Below are positions 15,526 to 23,609 of a DNA stretch of 39,164 nucleotides, one piece after another (position 1 is the stretch's first letter; each line of letters starts with the position of its first letter). The notes under the pieces were generated by a model. It saw only the letters and a list, made by a program, of their open reading frames with translations. It was not told the DNA's origin and did not search any database. The translations under genes and the position numbers were made by a program. This DNA comes from Victivallales bacterium (GTDB lineage: Bacteria > Verrucomicrobiota > Lentisphaeria > Victivallales > GWF2-50-93), in assembly GCA_041662825.1 (NCBI GenBank), contig JBAZRS010000001.1, forward strand, positions 1 through 39,164. The letters run 5' to 3'.

Positions 15526-15825
15526 GTGTGCGAATATCAACAGTTTTCCGAACAGCAAGAAAAACAGGAATATTTCAACGACTGCGTAAAGGTGGCCGTC
15601 GAGAAGGAAGTTGCAAGCATAATCAGCAAAGCCACGTGCTTTGACTGCGATAATCCGTTGACTGTATTGAAAACAGAGGACGGCGGTATCAGTGTGAAGC
15701 CCTGCCAGAAATGTCATGGCCTGCCGACATTCGACACGAAAGAGGACGCGGACAGGCTTGACGCGATTCACAGGGGGATTGATTGCTTATCAGGAATGAT
15801 GAAATTACAGGGAGCAGGGAGGTAG
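15526..15825 (+). CDS. small Cys-containing (zinc-ribbon-like) protein
   Basis: GTG start after AAGGAGG. CFDCDN...(17)...CQKCHG forms two CxxC pairs. Confidence 0.5.
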   Translation: MCEYQQFSEQQEKQEYFNDCVKVAVEKEVASIISKATCFDCDNPLTVLKTEDGGISVKPCQKCHGLPTFDTKEDADRLDAIHRGIDCLSGMMKLQGAGR

Positions 15826-15830
15826 GGAGC

Positions 15831-16709
15831 ATGGAAAATGAAGTGATGGTTTATGACGACAATGTTCCGGCAATCGCAGACGACAGCCTTTTGAGAATCG
15901 CTGAAATGGCCGAAAGACGAATCGACGCCGTTGTGAAGATCAAGCAAATGGCGCTGAAGGTGACAAACGCAAACGACTGGAACGATCAGGGCGGAAAGCC
16001 TTATCTTCAGGTCAGCGGATCGGAAAAGGTCGCCAATCTTTTCAACATTTCATGGCGAATTGACGAGCCGGTTGTTGACACGGAAGACGACGGGCATTTC
16101 ACATTTACATTCAGGGGCATCTTTTCAATCCCGGGCCGGTCCATCTCCGCAGAGGGATCACGGTCCAGCAAAGACCCGTTTTTCAAAAAGTATGACTGGA
16201 TCAAGGAGCAGGGCAAGGCAGACAAGAAGGTTGAAAAACCTATTTCAGCAATCGACCGCCGGGATGTTCGCATGGCGGCGCTGACAAATCTTCTCGGAAA
16301 CGGGATTACCCGCCTCCTGGGGATCAGGAACCTTTCTTATGCCGACCTTGATCTATATGCCGGGATCAAAAAAGAGATGATCGGCGTGGTCGATTATAAG
16401 GGCAAGGGAAAGGACAGGGAGCCCCTGAAGGAACCCCAAAAGAAGGCAGAGAACGGCAAGACCGAAAGCGCAGCCCTGACCGTTGACATCACCATCACGG
16501 AGATCACGCACAAGGACGGGGAGACGAAGGGGAAGCCCTGGCGGGCCTACTACGTCCAAGGCGACAACGGCGAGAAATACGGGACGTTTTCAGAGACGGA
16601 CGCCGACATTGCAACCGGGATCATGAGTAAAGGCGTAAAGGCCCGGATCACTTACACCGTCGGCAAATACGGAAACAACCTGACAGGGATTGAAGAGGCT
16701 GCGGCATGA
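15831..16709 (+). CDS. recombination-module protein, possible single-strand annealing protein with C-terminal OB-like domain
   Basis: GGGAGG RBS before the ATG at 15831. It sits immediately upstream of, and overlaps, a PD-(D/E)XK nuclease gene. Its family was not assigned by eye. The C-terminal ~80 aa (TVDITITEITHKDGETKGKPWRAYYVQGDNGEKYGTFSE) look like a beta-barrel. Confidence 0.4.
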   Translation: MENEVMVYDDNVPAIADDSLLRIAEMAERRIDAVVKIKQMALKVTNANDWNDQGGKPYLQVSGSEKVANLFNISWRIDEPVVDTEDDGHFTFTFRGIFSIPGRSISAEGSRSSKDPFFKKYDWIKEQGKADKKVEKPISAIDRRDVRMAALTNLLGNGITRLLGIRNLSYADLDLYAGIKKEMIGVVDYKGKGKDREPLKEPQKKAENGKTESAALTVDITITEITHKDGETKGKPWRAYYVQGDNGEKYGTFSETDADIATGIMSKGVKARITYTVGKYGNNLTGIEEAAA

Positions 16710-17269
16710 TCCAGTTCGACGCTGAGAAACATGAATACCGGTGCAATGGTGTCCTGTATCCATCCGTGACGCAGATCCTTGCCGACATGGGACTGATCGA
16801 CACGTCGTGGTTCACGGAATACAGCAGGGAGCGAGGCACGCTGGTTCATCGGATCATTCAATGGCACTTAGCCGGGGACCTGGACGAGGAAAGCATCGAC
16901 CCGGCGCTCAGGCCCTATTTTGACGCCTTCATAAGATTTCAGGAAGAGTCAAAGTTTGTGGCCGAAGAGGTCGAGAAGCCATTTGCAAGCGTAACATGCC
17001 GGTTTGCCGGGACGCCGGACCTTATCGGCTGCCTGAACGGGCACAATGCCATAGTCGACATAAAAACCGGGGCACCGCAGCCGTGGACGGCGCTTCAACT
17101 GGCCGGGTATGAAATCCTCGTCAAGCATCCCTCAATGGAGCGGTTTTCATTACAGCTTACGGATGAAGGAAAATATAAACTCACGCATCATAAGGACAGG
17201 CAGGACCGGGGAGTTTTCCTTGCGGCCCTGGCTGTTTATTACTGGAAGAAAAACAACACGAAAGGATGA
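16706..17269 (+). CDS. PD-(D/E)XK (RecB/Cas4-like) exonuclease
   Basis: Motifs seen: H.Y...G..YPSVTQIL, GTLVHR, E....F......GTPDLIG....AIVDIKTG and QLAGYE. Confidence 0.8.
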   Translation: MIQFDAEKHEYRCNGVLYPSVTQILADMGLIDTSWFTEYSRERGTLVHRIIQWHLAGDLDEESIDPALRPYFDAFIRFQEESKFVAEEVEKPFASVTCRFAGTPDLIGCLNGHNAIVDIKTGAPQPWTALQLAGYEILVKHPSMERFSLQLTDEGKYKLTHHKDRQDRGVFLAALAVYYWKKNNTKG

Positions 17270-17273
17270 AATC

Positions 17274-17921
17274 ATGGATCAGAACGAAATCACAGAGCGA
17301 GCATTGACTGTGCCGGAACAGGCAAAGGCAATAATGATCAGAACAAATGACGACTATGTGAGGGCCGGGGAAATCCTGCTGGTCATAAAGGACTTGCGAA
17401 AAGAGATCGATTCCTTTTTCGACCCTATCTGTAAAAAGGCGTTCGAGGCCCACAAGGAGGCCGTGGCGCAGAAAAAACGGGCAGACGCACCCTTAGTAGA
17501 GGCCGAGGGGATTATCAAGCCCCGGATCTCCGCATGGAACGCAGAACAAGAAAAAATCAGGCAGGCCGAAGAAATGAGGCTTCGGGAGATTGCCCGGAAA
17601 GAGGAAGAGGAAAGACGGCTGCAGGAGGCCATTCAAGCCGAAGCCTTCGGGCAAAAAGAAGAGGCGGCGGCTATTCTGGACGAAAAGCCACAGGTGGCAC
17701 CGGTTATCGTTCCGAAGTCGGTCCCGAAGGTACAGGGGATCAGCACACAGAAACGATGGACGTTTCGGATCAGCAACCCGGCATTGATCCCGCGTGAATA
17801 TCTGACCATCGACGAACAGAAGATCGGCGCTGTTGTCCGGGCGTTGAAAGATCAGGCGAAGATTCCCGGCGTCGAGGTTTACAGCGAAGACGTCATTTCA
17901 GCAGGACGGAGGGCAGCATGA
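17274..17921 (+). CDS. Gp157-like coiled-coil protein
   Basis: The C-terminal pattern IPREYLTIDEQKIGAVVRALKDQAKIPGVEVYSEDVIS resembles the Sipho_Gp157 C-terminus (IP.EY.....D.K.I...LK.G..IPG). The central region is E/K/R-rich coiled coil. The start is set at 17274, because the ORF-track start at 17109 overlaps the nuclease gene. Confidence 0.5.
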   Translation: MDQNEITERALTVPEQAKAIMIRTNDDYVRAGEILLVIKDLRKEIDSFFDPICKKAFEAHKEAVAQKKRADAPLVEAEGIIKPRISAWNAEQEKIRQAEEMRLREIARKEEEERRLQEAIQAEAFGQKEEAAAILDEKPQVAPVIVPKSVPKVQGISTQKRWTFRISNPALIPREYLTIDEQKIGAVVRALKDQAKIPGVEVYSEDVISAGRRAA

Positions 17922-18079
17922 ACGACAACAAAGAAGAAATGGTCACGGTAACGGCCACCGACAAGGGGAAGAAAAAGCGGGGATTCCTTGACTGGCTCGT
18001 TGAGACTTTCCGGCCGGGATATCACATATCGAAGAACCCGCCTCGCGGACGGCGGAAGTATGAGGTCAAGGGGGAATGA
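17918..18079 (+). CDS. 53-aa basic protein
   Basis: Hand-found ORF coupled by ATGA overlaps at both ends: MNDNKEEMVTVTATDKGKKKRGFLDWLVETFRPGYHISKNPPRGRRKYEVKGE. Confidence 0.4.
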   Translation: MNDNKEEMVTVTATDKGKKKRGFLDWLVETFRPGYHISKNPPRGRRKYEVKGE

Positions 18080-18504
18080 TGAGAGAGATCAAATTTAGGG
18101 CGTGGGATGGGAAAACGATGCACATGGTTTGCAGGCTTGGATGCAATGGGTATTCGACAGATTTATGGTCGCCATCTCCGATATCATGTAACCGCCGCCA
18201 GACCTCTTTCCTGAGAATCATGCAGTTCACCGGCCTAAAAGATAAAAACGGGAAAGAGATTTATGAAGGGGATTTATTGTTAGTTGATGGCTACAACGAC
18301 ACATATGATGGTTGCCTTGTGGAGGTATTTTTTTATGAAGCGGCATTTAAAATGCGCAACAGGGATTTCCGTAAAAACGGAGAAATAGTAAAGCGCGTGC
18401 CTGATGTAACAAAAGGTGGGTATTGTGAATGGATTGCACGAGGCGGCAATAAATGTAAGGTCATCGGCAATATTTATGAGAATCCGGGGCTGATAAATAA
18501 ATGA
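18076..18504 (+). CDS. YopX-family protein
   Basis: Sequence REIKFRAWDGKTMHMV...MQFTGLKDKNGKEIYEGDLL...VIGNIYENPGL matches the YopX signature. Confidence 0.8.
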   Translation: MMREIKFRAWDGKTMHMVCRLGCNGYSTDLWSPSPISCNRRQTSFLRIMQFTGLKDKNGKEIYEGDLLLVDGYNDTYDGCLVEVFFYEAAFKMRNRDFRKNGEIVKRVPDVTKGGYCEWIARGGNKCKVIGNIYENPGLINK

Positions 18505-18544
18505 CCATCCTATCATTTTTCAAGACGCGGAAGGTATTTGCGAA

Positions 18545-19057
18545 ATGAACGTAACCTGGTCCTGTGAAATCTGCAAGAGGACAGAAAAGACATCACCCCA
18601 CGTATTAAGCCTTGCTCATTCTCATGGTGGACAGAACTATCCATTGGCAAGGTTTAAAAAAGAGAGAAGGGCGCCCGGAACCGTGACTATAAAAAGCCTC
18701 AAAAAAGAGGTTTGGGATCTGTTCTCTGAGTGGGTCCGAAGGTCAGACGCTAACTCGGCGGGCTACTGTAAATGCGTAACCTGTCGGAAAACTTTGCACT
18801 GGAAAAACATGCAGGCCGGGCACTACATACATGGGACTTTATTTCTAATCCCTGAATTGGTCCACGCTCAATGCCCGGAGTGTAATGGATTTAAGGCTGG
18901 AATGGCCGTTGAATATAAGGAATTTATGTTGAAAAAATACGGCCCCGCGCTGCTTGACAAGTTCAAATTCCTGGCAAAACGGCGGCACAAATTCACTATT
19001 TTTGAGCTGCAGCAGTATAAAAAACTATACCAGGAAAAGCTAAAGGAAATGGCATGA
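18545..19057 (+). CDS. ninG: NinG/Rap-like recombination endonuclease
   Basis: Sequence LKKEVWDLFSEWVRRSDA...CKCVTCRKTLHWKNMQAGHYIHG......LVHAQCPECNGFKAGMAVEY matches the lambda NinG pattern. Confidence 0.8.
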   Translation: MNVTWSCEICKRTEKTSPHVLSLAHSHGGQNYPLARFKKERRAPGTVTIKSLKKEVWDLFSEWVRRSDANSAGYCKCVTCRKTLHWKNMQAGHYIHGTLFLIPELVHAQCPECNGFKAGMAVEYKEFMLKKYGPALLDKFKFLAKRRHKFTIFELQQYKKLYQEKLKEMA

Positions 19058-19266
19058 CCATCCTCCTCTCCGGCTGGAAGCTCTGGATCGTCGGCCTCAT
19101 TTTAGCCATGGCGCTTTTGGGCTTTATCAATACGGTTTTTATATTCGTTTCAACCGCCGATGAATACGCTAAGTACGGCGCAAGACTGACCTCTGAAGTG
19201 GTGGATAAGAACGGTAAGATACTTTACGCGATTGACGAACACGGAAGGATGTGGAGGCCGAAATGA
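19054..19266 (+). CDS. small membrane protein (70 aa)
   Basis: One TM segment (WKLWIVGLILAMALLGFINTVFIFV), coupled to ninG by an ATGA overlap. Confidence 0.5.
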   Translation: MTILLSGWKLWIVGLILAMALLGFINTVFIFVSTADEYAKYGARLTSEVVDKNGKILYAIDEHGRMWRPK

Positions 19267-19285
19267 CCCACGGAAAGGAGAAAGA

Positions 19286-19471
19286 ATGAGAAAATTAACT
19301 GATGATATGTGCGCTCCATTCAAACCAACTGATTTTATGAAGCCAATTCAACCGCCTACGATGAACGATGTTTCCCGCGATGCTAGTGAACACCTAAAGT
19401 GCCCTAAATGCGGGATGTGCTTACCGTGCGGTGATTGCGAAAAGTATGGATGCGGAAAGGAGAAGCCATGA
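19286..19471 (+). CDS. small Cys-rich protein (61 aa)
   Basis: AAGGAGAA RBS before the ATG at 19286. The C-terminal cluster is CPKCGMCLPCGDCEKYGC. Confidence 0.5.
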   Translation: MRKLTDDMCAPFKPTDFMKPIQPPTMNDVSRDASEHLKCPKCGMCLPCGDCEKYGCGKEKP

Positions 19472-19641
19472 ACGAAGGTGCAAAAGTAATACAGGTTATA
19501 CAGACAACCCTTTTGAGGCGCGGGAAAGGGATTGCGCCCGATGATCCCGTAAGAATCATAACACAGTATTGGACGCTGGATGGAAAGTTATTGGTGGAGC
19601 ATGACCCCTATCCAGGCCATACAGAATGGGAGAAGCCATGA
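19468..19641 (+). CDS. hypothetical small protein (57 aa)
   Basis: Its start lies within the 18-nt motif GGAGAAGCCATGAACGAA, which recurs at the next gene start. Confidence 0.45.
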   Translation: MNEGAKVIQVIQTTLLRRGKGIAPDDPVRIITQYWTLDGKLLVEHDPYPGHTEWEKP

Positions 19642-19946
19642 ACGAAATAGAAATTATTACAATAAACGACATACTTAAAGTGCCTACTGATAAATTTGAT
19701 GAATTTATAGAAGGCTTTTGTAAGTCAATTAAGGCGGCGAAGGCAATATATGATCTTGCGGCCCTCATAGCAGCATCAAAAGGCATAGCAGTAGAAGACG
19801 CAATAACGATGCCGCGTATGAGGTGGCGAGATGACGATAAAAAAGAACTGACCATTAACATTACGGCGATTCCTGAGAAAAAAGAGGAGCCCTACTCCTG
19901 CCCCATCCACGGGGTACAGGACGGGAAGCATTGTGTGAGGTGCTGA
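19638..19946 (+). CDS. hypothetical protein (102 aa)
   Basis: Its start lies within the second copy of GGAGAAGCCATGAACGAA. The C-terminus has CPIHG....KHCVRC. Confidence 0.5.
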   Translation: MNEIEIITINDILKVPTDKFDEFIEGFCKSIKAAKAIYDLAALIAASKGIAVEDAITMPRMRWRDDDKKELTINITAIPEKKEEPYSCPIHGVQDGKHCVRC

Positions 19947-19948
19947 AG

Positions 19949-20116
19949 ATGAAGAGGACGTGTTATGGATGCAGTGCTTTTGTGACTTCGGCGGGGGGAG
20001 GGAGCCGCTGTGATCTTGGGTATAAAATGGACGCCTGGGAGAAAAAGCCAAAAGAAAATTGCCCGAAGCCCAAGACCCACATGCAAGTTATTGATGCAAA
20101 AAAGGAGAGGTCATGA
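19949..20116 (+). CDS. small Cys-containing protein (55 aa)
   Basis: Sequence MKRTCYGCSAF......RCDLG......NCPKP. It starts 3 nt after the previous stop. Confidence 0.45.
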   Translation: MKRTCYGCSAFVTSAGGGSRCDLGYKMDAWEKKPKENCPKPKTHMQVIDAKKERS

Positions 20117-20436
20117 CCGAAGATGACAAAAAAAGAGTGACCGAGTGGCTTGGGGAGTGCTGGCATGATCCGTTCTGGCAGTGTAACGAACCATGCACTA
20201 TTCACCGCACCTTCAAGGCGTGGGATGACTTCGGGGCCTGCTTTGATAAACTGGTGGAGAAAGGGGAATATTACAAGTTTGAACACTCTATTACAGATAA
20301 ATGGGTTGATGCACTTTCTAATCAAGATGTTGGCTTTATGACTATTACAGAGTGGCTTCTATCCCGCACCGACTCCGGCCACATGAGGCTATGTGCTTTG
20401 GTGGCGGCGGCATTGAAGGAAGGGGTGATAAAATGA
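20113..20436 (+). CDS. hypothetical protein (107 aa)
   Basis: AAGGAGAGG RBS and an ATGA overlap with the upstream ORF. Confidence 0.55.
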   Translation: MTEDDKKRVTEWLGECWHDPFWQCNEPCTIHRTFKAWDDFGACFDKLVEKGEYYKFEHSITDKWVDALSNQDVGFMTITEWLLSRTDSGHMRLCALVAAALKEGVIK

Positions 20437-20648
20437 GAAAAACTATATGGAGAGCGAGAGATCGTCAAGGAGAAAAGTATTTTTCTGCTCGCCCTGATTT
20501 TATTGCAGGGCATGATATTTTTACTGGCAAGGTGTGTGAACTTCCGAAGAGGCGGAGCAGTTACAGGCTGCTGACGAAATTTAGGGTTAAAGTAGAGAAG
20601 ACATCAGGACTTGATGATGTTTACCCCGATTTTCTTTATCTCAAATAA
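20433..20648 (+). CDS. hypothetical protein (71 aa)
   Basis: Internal Met at 20433, with GAAGGAAGGGG upstream and an ATGA overlap. Confidence 0.45.
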   Translation: MRKTIWRARDRQGEKYFSARPDFIAGHDIFTGKVCELPKRRSSYRLLTKFRVKVEKTSGLDDVYPDFLYLK

Positions 20649-20688
20649 ACAAAGGGCGGGTGGCTGCCCGATTGAAAGGAGGCCGAAG

Positions 20689-20952
20689 ATGAGTGAGATA
20701 CAGAGATATGACTTTCATGGCAGTCTATATAATGGCGTGGAAGAAGATAGTGCTGGCGATTATGTCCTCTATACCGACCACCTTGCCGCCCTCGCGGAGA
20801 AGGACAAGATTATCAACGTCTTTACTTACTTGTTATTGCATCACGGCATTATCAGCAGAGGCAAGGCGTCAGCGGTTGTGGAAATAGACCGCGCTGAAAT
20901 TGACGGATGGATGGAGAAAATGGCAGTGGAGTGGAGAAAGGAGGCCGTATGA
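20689..20952 (+). CDS. hypothetical protein (87 aa)
   Basis: AAGGAGG RBS before the ATG at 20689. Confidence 0.5.
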   Translation: MSEIQRYDFHGSLYNGVEEDSAGDYVLYTDHLAALAEKDKIINVFTYLLLHHGIISRGKASAVVEIDRAEIDGWMEKMAVEWRKEAV

Positions 20953-21587
20953 GTGAGCCAAAACATCTCACAATAAAAGAAGTCAACATTCTATATGATG
21001 AAATAGTGCAGGTGAGGGCTGCCCTTGCGGAGAAGGAACGGGAGCTGAAAGAACTTGCCGAGGCAAGGGATTATCTCAAGCGGGAATTAAGCGATTCTAA
21101 TAAGCGCATCGCCGCCCTGACCGCAGAGAACAAGGAATTAAAGGAAGAAATTGCCTATCAAGACGTGATGTTGAATCCCGGCGAATATATCCGCGAGCAG
21201 AAACGGGATGGATTTGTGATTTGCGTTCTAAGGGAAGACTTGTGGGATATTAGGAGTAAAAAAGATGCCGAGAAGGAAAAGCAACGCATCTCAACCCTGC
21301 AAGGCCAGATTGAAAACTGGAAAGATTCGGCGGCGCAGTTTCTTCGCAATCAGAAATACTATGCGGGGCTGTTGGATGAGGTTGCAAAGCATTTGGGCAA
21401 TGATGTTTTTATATCTGACGATGGTAGTGTTCAGGATGAACCGCTGCGGGCAAAGATTCCCGAATTAGTTGCAGCCCTCAAAGCCGAAATAAAAGTGCTT
21501 AACCACGAGCAATTTGAAATGTCCCAGGTGATCCATGAATTCACAAAACAGCAAGCCGAACACACGGAGGATCGAGGAAATGATTAA
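20949..21587 (+). CDS. coiled-coil protein (212 aa)
   Basis: Heptad-like E/K/L-rich sequence (VRAALAEKERELKELAEARDYLKRELSDSNKRIAALTAENKELKEEI) and an ATGA overlap. Confidence 0.55.
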   Translation: MSEPKHLTIKEVNILYDEIVQVRAALAEKERELKELAEARDYLKRELSDSNKRIAALTAENKELKEEIAYQDVMLNPGEYIREQKRDGFVICVLREDLWDIRSKKDAEKEKQRISTLQGQIENWKDSAAQFLRNQKYYAGLLDEVAKHLGNDVFISDDGSVQDEPLRAKIPELVAALKAEIKVLNHEQFEMSQVIHEFTKQQAEHTEDRGND

Positions 21588-21855
21588 CCCCGAATTTATC
21601 AACTTTATGCAAGAGCTTGTCATGGCGCCGGATTCAGTAATCAAGAAGGCGCACATGGAGAGGATGTTTCTGATTATCCGCCGCCTCCAAGCCGAGGCCA
21701 ATATTAACATGGCCGAAATCTGTAAGCTGCGGGGCCAGGTGGAGAAGCTGAAAAGGATAATGACCAGCCATGCCGCTGTATGTAGGGGATGGTTCGGCGA
21801 GAACGAAGAATGGGAAAGTGAGGTATTCCCGAAGGAGGATCAGTGTGTTGATTAA
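21580..21855 (+). CDS. hypothetical protein (91 aa)
   Basis: Internal Met at 21580, with GGAGGA upstream. Confidence 0.5.
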   Translation: MINPEFINFMQELVMAPDSVIKKAHMERMFLIIRRLQAEANINMAEICKLRGQVEKLKRIMTSHAAVCRGWFGENEEWESEVFPKEDQCVD

Positions 21856-22162
21856 GATATTGGGGCACAATGTCGAGCTGATTTATGATGACAAATGGTC
21901 TCACAAGCGTAATACAGTTGGAACGTATTGCGCGAATGAACTTACTATAACTATTGATCCGACATATCCGGTTACAAGGCAGGAGGAAGGATTGCTCCAT
22001 GAAATATTTGAGGCAATACTATTTCATGTAAATTGTTCTGAAACCTTATCTCATGCCCTCATGTCCACAATAAGTGAAATGCTGTATCAAATCATTAAAG
22101 ACAATCCGGATATATTTACAATGAAAATGCCGAGGCTGGACGCAATCGTCAAGGGGAAATAG
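21845..22162 (+). CDS. hypothetical protein with degenerate HExxH-like segment (LLHEIFEAI)
   Basis: GTG start 7 nt after AAGGAGG. The pattern I.G..V.......G.....ELTITID.......Q....LLHEIFEAILF resembles small phage metallopeptidase-like proteins, but the second His is Glu. Confidence 0.45.
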   Translation: MLIKILGHNVELIYDDKWSHKRNTVGTYCANELTITIDPTYPVTRQEEGLLHEIFEAILFHVNCSETLSHALMSTISEMLYQIIKDNPDIFTMKMPRLDAIVKGK

Positions 22163-22171
22163 GGGGAGAAG

Positions 22172-22918
22172 ATGGCAGAAGGTAGGATGTTGTCAAAACG
22201 CGTGACGCGATCCGGTAAGGTTTCTGCTTTGTCGTCGGACACGGCCCGGATGATTTATTCCTGGCTCATCCCATATACGGATGTTGAGGGGAGGATGGAG
22301 GCCGATCCGAGGCTCTTAAAAGCTGACATTGCCCCCCTTTTGGATCACATTACACCGGCAGTTATCAACAGCGTGCTTCAGGAGCTTCATAAAATAGGCT
22401 TGGTTATCCTTTATTCAACACCCGACGACACAAAACAATATCTACAAATTACTAAGTTTGAGGACAATCAGAAGAATTTACGCAAGGATAGAGAAGCCCC
22501 GTCACGAATACCAAAACCGACGGCGGCGCAACTCCGGCAGAAGTCCGGCGCAACTCCGGCAGAAGTCCCCCCTAATATAAGAGAAGATAAGTTAAGTTTA
22601 AGAGAAGATAATAAAGGGCCTGCCGAAGAGCCTTTTAATTTACCATCAAAAGAAGAAATCCAGGAATCATCGGATCCAAAAATAGAAGAACACATCCAGC
22701 AGGTATGTGACAGGCTCTATAAGGAGAAGATATTCCCGGAAGTCCATGCTTTCAAAAACAAGATGTTAAAAGGCAACAAGAACGGGCGCGGTGTGTTGCA
22801 TGTTTTGACGCGGTGTTACATGGCAAAGCCGGAAGATCCCTGGGGATATTGCCAGAAGATAATCTCAATCGAGGATGGGAACTATAATGAAAGAGATTAC
22901 AGAAAAACTGCACAGTAA
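22172..22918 (+). CDS. replisome-organizer / replication-initiator-like protein
   Basis: The N-terminal GRMLSKRVTRSGKVSALSSDTARMIYSWLIPYTDVEGRMEADPRLLKADIAP resembles the Phage_rep_org_N pattern (RRMFSK....S..F..L....Q.LY..L....DD.G....P..I...I). The central low-complexity linker contains DNA repeats. Confidence 0.45.
   Translation: MAEGRMLSKRVTRSGKVSALSSDTARMIYSWLIPYTDVEGRMEADPRLLKADIAPLLDHITPAVINSVLQELHKIGLVILYSTPDDTKQYLQITKFEDNQKNLRKDREAPSRIPKPTAAQLRQKSGATPAEVPPNIREDKLSLREDNKGPAEEPFNLPSKEEIQESSDPKIEEHIQQVCDRLYKEKIFPEVHAFKNKMLKGNKNGRGVLHVLTRCYMAKPEDPWGYCQKIISIEDGNYNERDYRKTAQ
22525..22568. repeat. perfect 22-bp tandem direct repeat (2 copies)
   Basis: GGCGCAACTCCGGCAGAAGTCC occupies 22525-22546 and again 22547-22568. 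The copies are read in two different frames (AQLRQKS and GATPAEV). Confidence 0.95.
22578..22611. repeat. two 13-nt direct repeats in an AT-rich stretch
   Basis: TAAGAGAAGATAA occurs at 22578-22590 and 22599-22611, a 21-nt periodicity, immediately after the 22-bp repeats. Confidence 0.9.
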
Positions 22919-23378
22919 GGTTATGGCTGATTTTAAGCCGACGATTGAACAAATGGCAAATGAGGGCTGTTCACAAGATCAAATTGTGGGTGTTTATCAG
23001 GCGTACATGAGAACGAGGGTAAATCGTTATTATCAGAAGAGTAATTTTTTAAAAGCATTTCGGGATTGTTATAGTCCAGATGACTTAAAAAAAACAGACA
23101 GTAAAATTGAAACGCTTTTTTATATGCAGCTTCAAAATGCGGTAATTGATTTCAAGTTTCAGGTTGTTATTGGACCGTATCGGGTTGATTATCTTATTGG
23201 GGGGTTTTTGATTATTGAGATTGATGGGCCACAGCACAAAAAAAACCATGACGAAAGGCGGGATAAATATCTCAGGAAGATGGGATATAAGATTATCCGA
23301 ATACCGACGTGGATATTGGTGTCGTGCCCGGACGCTGCCATTCAGGAAATCAAAGAGGCTGCGAAAAATGGAAAATGA
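22887..23378 (+). CDS. DUF559 / Vsr-like (PD-(D/E)XK) endonuclease-domain protein
   Basis: C-terminal sequence ETLFYMQLQ....FKFQVVIGPYRVDYLI..FLIIEIDGPQH.....D..RDKYLRKMGYKIIRIP matches the DUF559 signature. AT-rich. The start is set at 22887. Confidence 0.7.
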   Translation: MKEITEKLHSKVMADFKPTIEQMANEGCSQDQIVGVYQAYMRTRVNRYYQKSNFLKAFRDCYSPDDLKKTDSKIETLFYMQLQNAVIDFKFQVVIGPYRVDYLIGGFLIIEIDGPQHKKNHDERRDKYLRKMGYKIIRIPTWILVSCPDAAIQEIKEAAKNGK

Positions 23379-23601
23379 ACATAGTGCGCGGGAGGATCTC
23401 GGATACCGGAATACACCGGCGAACACGCAGAAATATCACCTCAACAGAGGGCTGAGAATGCAGCACGCGCCCGGCAGCTTGCCAGAACCATCGGCACTGT
23501 GCCGGATAAGGCTACATAATGGCGATGTTAAAAAACTGGCATGGGAATACGCGGAGTTTTTAATCAACCACAGGGGCGCTGAATTTTTGGAGTGGGTATA
23601 G
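23368..23601 (+). CDS. hypothetical protein (77 aa)
   Basis: Internal Met at 23368, overlapping the previous stop. No motif recognised. Confidence 0.4.
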   Translation: MENEHSAREDLGYRNTPANTQKYHLNRGLRMQHAPGSLPEPSALCRIRLHNGDVKKLAWEYAEFLINHRGAEFLEWV

Positions 23602-23609
23602 GAGGGAAA

